A DNA stretch of 64,000 nucleotides from the human T2T-CHM13v2.0 reference genome, Homo sapiens. The translations under genes were made by a program, and so were the position numbers. The stretch's first letter is position 1. Each line of letters begins with the position of its first letter. This document shows positions 56,781 to 64,000 of this stretch, in pieces. The notes below the pieces were generated by a model. That model was not told the origin of the DNA, ran no database searches, and worked only from the letters and a program-made list of their open reading frames with translations. The stretch lies in assembly GCF_009914755.1 (NCBI RefSeq), contig NC_060934.1; one strand, given 5' to 3'.

Positions 56781-57269
56781 AAAAAGACACATGCACCCAT
56801 ATGTTCATCACTGCGCTATTCATGGTAGCAAAGACATGGAATCAACCCAGGTGCCCATCAATAGTGGGTTGGATAGAAAGAATGTTGTGCATATACATCA
56901 TGGACTACTACACAGCCACAAAAAGAAGGAAGACCTGTCCTTTGCAGCAATATGGATGCAGCTAGAAACCATTATCCTAAGTGACTTAACATAGGAACAG
57001 AAAACTATATACTGCATGTTCTCACTTGTTAAATGAGAGCTAAACATTGGGTACACATGGTCATAAAAATGGGAACAACAGACACTGGGGAATACAAGAG
57101 AAGAGAGGGAGGGAGGGGGGTCAAGAGTCGATTAAAAACTGCCTATTGTGTACTATGCTCCTCTTGAGTGATGGATTCATTTCTCCTCCAAACCTCAGCC
57201 TCAAAATATACTTTTGTAACAACCTGCACATGTACCCTCTGATTCTGAAATAAAAGTTTAAAAAAAGAC
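56781..57269 (+). mobile_element. 5'-truncated L1 (L1PB/L1MA-like) inserted in an MLT1 LTR
   Basis: gcaaagacatggaatcaaccc...aacctgcacatgtacc; TSD agttggt(g/a)cat at 56770-56780 and 57270-57280. Confidence 0.9.
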
Positions 57270-58513
57270 AGTTGGTACATTGTTCCCCAAGTTCTTTTCC
57301 ATTGATGTGATGACTGTAAAAGCAAATGCCAAGAGTCCTCCACGATGAACAGAGCCCTCTTGCCAAACCTGTGATAGGCATAGAGCAAGGGTGGGAAATA
57401 GACTTGTGTTTAGTTAATCCACTGCTATTTTTGTGAGGTCGCTATTGCAACATAACCCAGACTATCCTGACACAGGTCGGCAATCAGCAGTGTCCACACA
57501 TAGTCCTCAAGCAAGGTCATGATCAGACCAGGGAGGAGCCAGGGCCTAAGCCTGAACTGGCATAAACAGTGCCCCAATTTCTCCAAAGTGAGGACTGTGC
57601 CAGTGGGCCTCAAGACAAGAATTGGGAGTCCACAGCTCCCAGACATTGGGGACCCCCTCCTATCTGGAGCTGCCTGGCTGCCACATATGAGCCTGGTGAC
57701 CCAGCCACACCCACCAGCTAGCTCATCAGCAGTGTCCATGTCATTATCGAGGCAGAGAAATCCACTCAGCGAGGATTTCCCACGTTAGCCCAGCATCCTT
57801 ACTTCTCGCTCATAGTAACAGAAACCATGTTCCCGCCTCCAACAGATGCACTGTGCTCTGCACTCCCCTGGTCAGCGGGTGGGTGCATGATGCAAACTGG
57901 GCCAGTCAGATGCTTTCATTCTGAAACTTGAATCTTGAGTGAAATAAGCCAGACTCATTGGGGACTGATTGGAATTTACTCACCCCGGTGGAGGCACATG
58001 GAAGAGGCCCGTTGGGTCCTGCTATCTATGTCCTCAGAGCTTCACTTACCACAGTTCGGAGAGGACAGCACATCCTCCAGGGGTTCTGAACCTGAATGCA
58101 GCAACTGGTTGAGAACCTGAGTTCTGCGCTGTCTTCTGTTGCAGTGGGAGTGAGTAGGGTTTTGGTGGTATATGGTATAACTGCCTTATCTTGAGAAAGA
58201 ATATTTTAACAGCTGTGTTTATGTCAAGAGGGGTATGTGTAACATTCAACAACCAATGCTGCAGATTGCAGAGGACATTTGTTGTTTTTGCCTGCTCAGC
58301 ATCTATTCTTGCTGCTTCTGGTGACAAAATTCAGTGGTCCCATTTCTCTTTTAACTCCAGAGCTAGATTTGATCCAGACCTGGCCAGTCAGAGCATCACA
58401 TGCTGCAGGCCTCAGTGAGTGGTTAGGAGCTGGGCAGTGGCCTACCTTAGTTTACTATGACTTGAACCTGGAATTTGTGGGCAACTTTTGGGAGCCATAA
58501 TAACAGTAATGGC

Positions 58514-58921
<408 letters not shown>

Positions 58922-60729
58922 CTATGTAGGGAGAGCCTGGCTAAAAGAGAGAGGTGCCAGTTCTGATGACATCATTTAAGCTAGGGGCTCTGGCCAAGCC
59001 CGGTTACCCTGGACTGTTGACTTACAAGAAACAGTGAAAAGTCCCTTTGGTGCTTAAGCCAATTTGAGTTGGGTTTCTGCCTCTTGAAGTCAGAAGAGTA
59101 TTGCCTAATACAATAATTCTGTGTAGGCATACAAGACACATCAGTGGTGGTACCTGCCATGCCCGCAGCCCTAGAGGAGGAGACAGCCAGCAGGTGGCCC
59201 TATTTTAGATCATGTAACAGTTGGACAAGAGCAAGCAAACACCTGACTCAGGCTCTGAATCAGGCTGGTCAGGATTTGTGAGTTTTCCTCTGGCATTAAA
59301 GATGATCTATGTCTATCCAATTTCTCTTTTTTAAATTGGAAGTTGAGAAACAGGGCAGGAGCGAGACAGCCAGCTGCAAGGGAAGAAGCATGAAGGATAT
59401 GTGAAGACGTGCCACTAGGAGGAGCTGGCATGGTGGCAACTCAGTTTCAAAGCAGCAGAAATTCAGCATCAGGAGAGGGCGCCAGTTGGTGGAAAGAGCT
59501 GGCAGAGCACAGTCAGGAGGAAACCGGTCTGGGAAGCTCCATGAAGAGAGGGAGCAATGGCTATTTCTGAAGTTGTCTCGCCTATTCCTGAGGACTTTTC
59601 AATTCTGGTTCAAATCCTCATGCATCCTTATAACAAACCCATTTTTTCCCCCAAACAAGTTGCAGGTGGTCTGAGACCAAAGCAGACATCCCCCTTCCAT
59701 GTTGCCTCTGTAACCCTCCCACGGTGACCAGCGTATCACTAAGGACACTTTTGGTAGCAAAGGATGGAAATATAATGCAAATTGGTTTTTAAAAAAGGAA
59801 ATGTATTGTCTTCCTTAATTGAGATGTCAAGGGATGAGACTAGCCTTAGTCCTCACTGAGGTCAAGGCTCCCGGGATGTTCTCGGGAACTTGCTTCTGCA
59901 CATCCTCACTTTGTCCTTCTCTGGGCGGCTCCAGTATCCGGCTTCATGTAAGATGGTGGCTTCATCGCCACATTCCCTTGGGGAATAGAGTGAGTTTCTT
60001 TCTCCAGATTCCCAGATAAAGTATTTATCATTGGATCTAAGTGGGGTACACACTTATCCTGAACAATCTCTGGCCAGGAAACTGATACAGTGATTGGCTG
60101 AGGCCTAGCATACACCCCTCTTCTAAGACCCACATGAGCGTAGAGGAGGTAGAGTGTGAGTAATATATTTGTGGAATATATGTTGAACTGCTGGAAGAGA
60201 GACTTCAAATAAGATTGGCTTAAGCAAGATAGAAGTTTCTTTCTCCCTCACCTGCCTGCAGGTAAGCAGCCTGGGAGCCCAGGTTTTTTTTTCCCCATCT
60301 TGTTGCTTCTCTATCCCTAGGTATTGTGATGTGAGATGTTTCACCATCACCTCCACTGCCTAGCCAGTGGAAACGGAAAAGGCGGAAGAGGAAGGCTCGC
60401 CCCTCTGGTTAAAAGTGTCACCTCTCCCTACTTCAATGCTGCTGGTCAGTTACTTGGCCAAATATAGCTTCTAGGAAGTGAGGAAATACAGTATTTTTTT
60501 CTGGATTTCCGTATCTCCAGATAAAAAAACAAGAATTCTTTAAACATAGGAGATGAGTGTGATCAGGGGCAATTAGCAATCTCAGCCCCAGCCTGTCCCA
60601 TTGGCCAGTCAAATTTCCATGTGTCCCCTCCCCAGGGGAGACAACCCTAAAGTTGCATCCAGTGCCTATGTCCAGCTCCAAGCCTGGGACCTGTGGAGGG
60701 ACAGCCTGCACCATCAGATCTGATGTGGT

Positions 60730-60866
60730 TTTTGTTTTATTTTTGTTTTTTTAGACAAGTTCTCACTATGTTGCCCAGGCTGGTCTCGAACTCCCGGGCT
60801 CAAGCAATCCTCCCATCTTGGCCTCCCGAAGTGCTGGGTTTACAGGTGTGAGCCACCACACCAGGC
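60730..60866 (-). mobile_element. Alu monomer (FLAM-like); a second monomer at ~61210-61335
   Basis: Single Alu arm. Confidence 0.85.
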
Positions 60867-61521
60867 TTCTGGATGCAGTTCTTTATGGTGTATTGCCCTG
60901 GAACCCTTACATACATTGCCTGCCTCCTTACACCCAATATGCAACAGCCAGTAAAAATAAGATAAACATGGTGGGAAACCTCATCCAGAAGAGGGAAAAA
61001 CACACCCACCAAATCCTGGTGGGCAGAAATTGTGAAGGTTCCCAGGGAGTGGAGCAGAGTCCTTGGATGACAGCGCCTCTCTCCAGGAGTATTCCCTGGG
61101 ATAGACATCTTTGGACCTTGGTGGTCCCCTCTTTGTCCACTGCCTTCCATGGCACAACTAAAGGGCATCAAACGATGTATCCCTCTTAGGGCTATACAGC
61201 TTAAACATTTTTTTTTAGAGAGAAGGTCTTGCTGTGCTGCCCAGGCTGGACTCGTGTGCCTGGGGCTCAGGCAATCCTCCCACTTCAGCCTTCAGAGCAG
61301 CAGGGACTACAGGCACATGCCACCACACTGGGCCTGGGCTGCATAGCTTTTGCAGCCCACTTTTTGCAGGTGCAGGTTTGGTGGGTAGGGGTCGGTTGAT
61401 TTAAGGAGTCAAAAATGCAGACTTGTACCAGCCCGACTCATGGTTCTTTGGTAACACATGCCCCTTAAAATCTCAATTGGCTTTCTGCCTATTTGTGGCT
61501 AGTTATCCTCTGGGGCAAGTA

Positions 61522-61727
61522 CAGGTTGGGTATCCCTTATCTGAAATGCTCGGGGCCAGAGTGTTTCATATTTCAGATTTTGGAATATTTGCATTATCCT
61601 GGCTGAACATCCCTAATCTGAAAATCCAAAATCTGAAATGCTCCAATGAGCATCATGTGTGCTCAAGAAGTTTTGGATTTTAGAGCATTTTGGATTTCTG
61701 GGTTTTTGGTTTAGTGATGCTCAACCT
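61522..61727. mobile_element. Tc1/mariner MITE, Tigger4a (MER46)-like
   Basis: ta|caggttgggtatcccttatctgaaatgct...gatgctcaacct terminal inverted repeats. Confidence 0.85.
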
Positions 61728-62245
61728 CCTTTAGATTAGCAGTATTTAAGCCTAAAAATGGTGGCCTTTTATTTATCAGCCTGTATGTTATATCTATTCA
61801 CCTCCCTCTCAACCTGAGACCAGCGAAAACACTCAACTTGGACTGGAAGGCAGCTTCCTTGATCTGGTCTTTGTGGCCGAGCGGCTGTCATTGTCAGGTT
61901 GAGAAACGTAATCAAGTGTTTGAGAAAGACTAGGGTCCATAGTCTTGTCTCCTGCTAATCCTGCTTCTTCAGAAAATTATTCTATATCTGCCTCAGTTTG
62001 TGGTACAGAAGCAATAGATTTTTCTCTTTATTTTTTTAAATAAATATAATTTTATTCTAAAGGAATATTATTATATGGCAACACTTTGAGAACCATAAAG
62101 GCGCCTTTGAAATGTTGTTAGAAAATCACTTAAATCATATTTTTTATGAATAAATTGATGCCATTTTCAGGCACAGTATTTTTTTGGGCAAGCACTGTAC
62201 AGCATAATTCAAAATATACCCATTTACAGAATCCAATTAGGTATT

Positions 62246-62378
62246 TTTCTGCTCACAATTATATGATGGCTGATTTCTGCTCACAATTATATGATGGCGG
62301 ATTTCTGCCTACATTATGATATGATATGATATGATATGATATGATATGATGGCTGATTTCTGCCTACATTATGATATA
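62246..62378. repeat. 28-bp minisatellite with embedded (ATGAT)7
   Basis: Direct reading. Confidence 0.92.
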
Positions 62379-62856
62379 TAACTGCTCTACAGAACATGAA
62401 ACAGAATTTCATAACATCAGTTATATTTACACTACTTTAAAAATCTTTCAAGATATAAGAATCAAGCTATCAAATATGGAGTTTTTAACAAGCAATAGTT
62501 TTTTTTTTTAGGTCTGAAAACTTTTTAAACTGAGGTTATAGCCCATAGGCAAAGGGAGCTTCTTTCAGCACTGCTGTATTCTCTTCAGTATCTGCCTTCC
62601 TCGGGCTAGCTCTGTCCACGTTCTTCTGGGTCATGTAGGACTCTGTTGAGAGTGGCAAGAAGCATCCAGCAAACACCTGCATTCTGAAATTTCCAACTGT
62701 TTCCTTTAGAGCAAGAGCTGACTTTGCAAGGTATTGCAGGAATCAGTTGATCGACTGCTATGGCATGGCATAAACAGGGTTTCCAGATCATCATATTTAT
62801 GTATAGCATTTAAAATATGTTTTCAGTTTTGTTACCAGCAACACAGCCCTTCTTGG

Positions 62857-62917
62857 TAATAATTAGTATACAGCCTTTACTAATAATTAGTATACAGCAC
62901 TAATAATTAGTATACAG
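62857..62917. repeat. Three copies of taataattagtatacag
   Basis: 62857-62873, 62881-62897, 62901-62917. Confidence 0.92.
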
Positions 62918-63679
62918 GCTTTCCTTCTGCAAGAGAGCACTCACCCCAAATAGTGACTGAAATAGACTGGAGGTTAATTTCTCTTTCATGGAAAACCTAG
63001 TTAGAGCTAGTCCAGGGCTGATAGGCAACCACAGTGTGTTGGGACACAGGCTCCTTCTCTTTTGTCACTCTGACATCCTTAGGGTTTTAGCTTCATCTGA
63101 TTGATATAAACTGGCTTCACACCATGACTTCATTCCTACCAGGGGAGAGGGAAAGGGGCGAGGCACATTTCTTCTGAAGTGCATGACCGAGAAATTGCAA
63201 AAATTACTTCTGCTAACATCTCACTGCTGAGAACTTAATCTACAGCATGTTGGGTGCACGATGCCTGGGAAATGTGGTCATTATTCTGGGCAGTTATGTA
63301 CTCAGTTAGAGGAATTCTATTACTATAGAAGGGGACAATAAGTATTGGGGGACAATTAGCAGTCTCTGTCTCGGGATGATCCCCCAAATGAAATGGGGGC
63401 TGGATTGTGGGGAGCTGAAAAAGCAACAGATGTCTACTACAATGCCTCTCCTCTGAGCACTCCAGCCCCTTCTATTCCCTTCAATCCTTGTGACCTAATT
63501 GTCCTTTGGGCATCTGTCTCAGGTCCCCTGAATCCCCCATCATGTAGGCTTTGGGGCCAAGGCACCTCTGATTTAGCCTATATTGTCAGCTTGCAGCTGA
63601 TAATTATTATTAGGGACTCAGGAAAATGTCTGTGGAACTAAATTGAGGTAGTAATAGGCATTTCTGAATCAACTGCCTT

Positions 63680-63720
63680 CCATTCATTCATTCATTCATC
63701 CAGCCAGCCAGCCAGCCAGC
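63680..63720. repeat. (TTCA)n-(CCAG)n compound microsatellite
   Basis: Direct reading; likely L2 tail derived. Confidence 0.85.
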
Positions 63721-64000
63721 AAACATCTATTATATGCTAAGTCCCAGGGAGTCAGTGTCTTTTTGTCAGACAAAAAGACAGCCTTTTCATTTATGGCTCT
63801 TTTGGCTAGAGGGGTCTCTTGTACCCTAGAGATATTTTGCTAGAAAAGCAGATGCTGTTTAACTGAATCAAAGCTCTCTCTTCCTTAGGCATTGATACAT
63901 CCCAACTTAGCATTTCCTCAAAGCTTGCACAGAGGCTGTCCCCAGCGGTAATTTGTGCTTTGGGACAGCTCAGTATCAGGTTCCCTTAGTCTGGCAACAG

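Noticed and set aside
62246-62917. Spaced direct repeats resembling a CRISPR array
   Set aside because: Mammalian DNA, no unique spacers of regular length, no cas genes; ordinary tandem duplications.

Overview
Human (or great-ape) genomic DNA, Alu/L1/LTR-rich, matching the 10q11.22 segmental-duplication block. The AT-rich left part carries the last three exons and 3' UTR of an unprocessed SHLD2 (FAM35A) paralog on the + strand (SHLD2P1/SHLD2P3 type), all three still open and correctly spliceable. The GC-rich middle carries a complete 8-exon synaptotagmin-15 gene on the - strand (46055->37585, 421 aa, all GT-AG junctions in phase) with a CpG-island promoter. I cannot tell SYT15 from SYT15B by sequence; I labelled it SYT15B/SHLD2P3 from my recollection of the GRCh38 orientation. 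No prokaryotic systems, RNA genes or CRISPR arrays are present, and almost all other ORFs in the track are repeat-derived. I found no wholly new biological system. The best leads are: (1) SYT15 exon 1 is coding in two frames, so one splice choice decides between a membrane-anchored 421-aa protein and a TM-less 474-aa protein, with the upstream ATG otherwise acting as an overlapping uORF; (2) the intact OB-fold/Zn-ribbon tail of the SHLD2 'pseudogene'; (3) an orphan CpG/CTCF/G4 cluster at ~27 kb plus a strong + strand splice acceptor inside SYT15 intron 4, outlining an antisense transcript; (4) an LTR6-like solo LTR with GATA/FOX/TCF motifs ~2 kb upstream of SYT15. Repeat subfamily names are from recollection of consensus sequences, and repeat boundaries are approximate.
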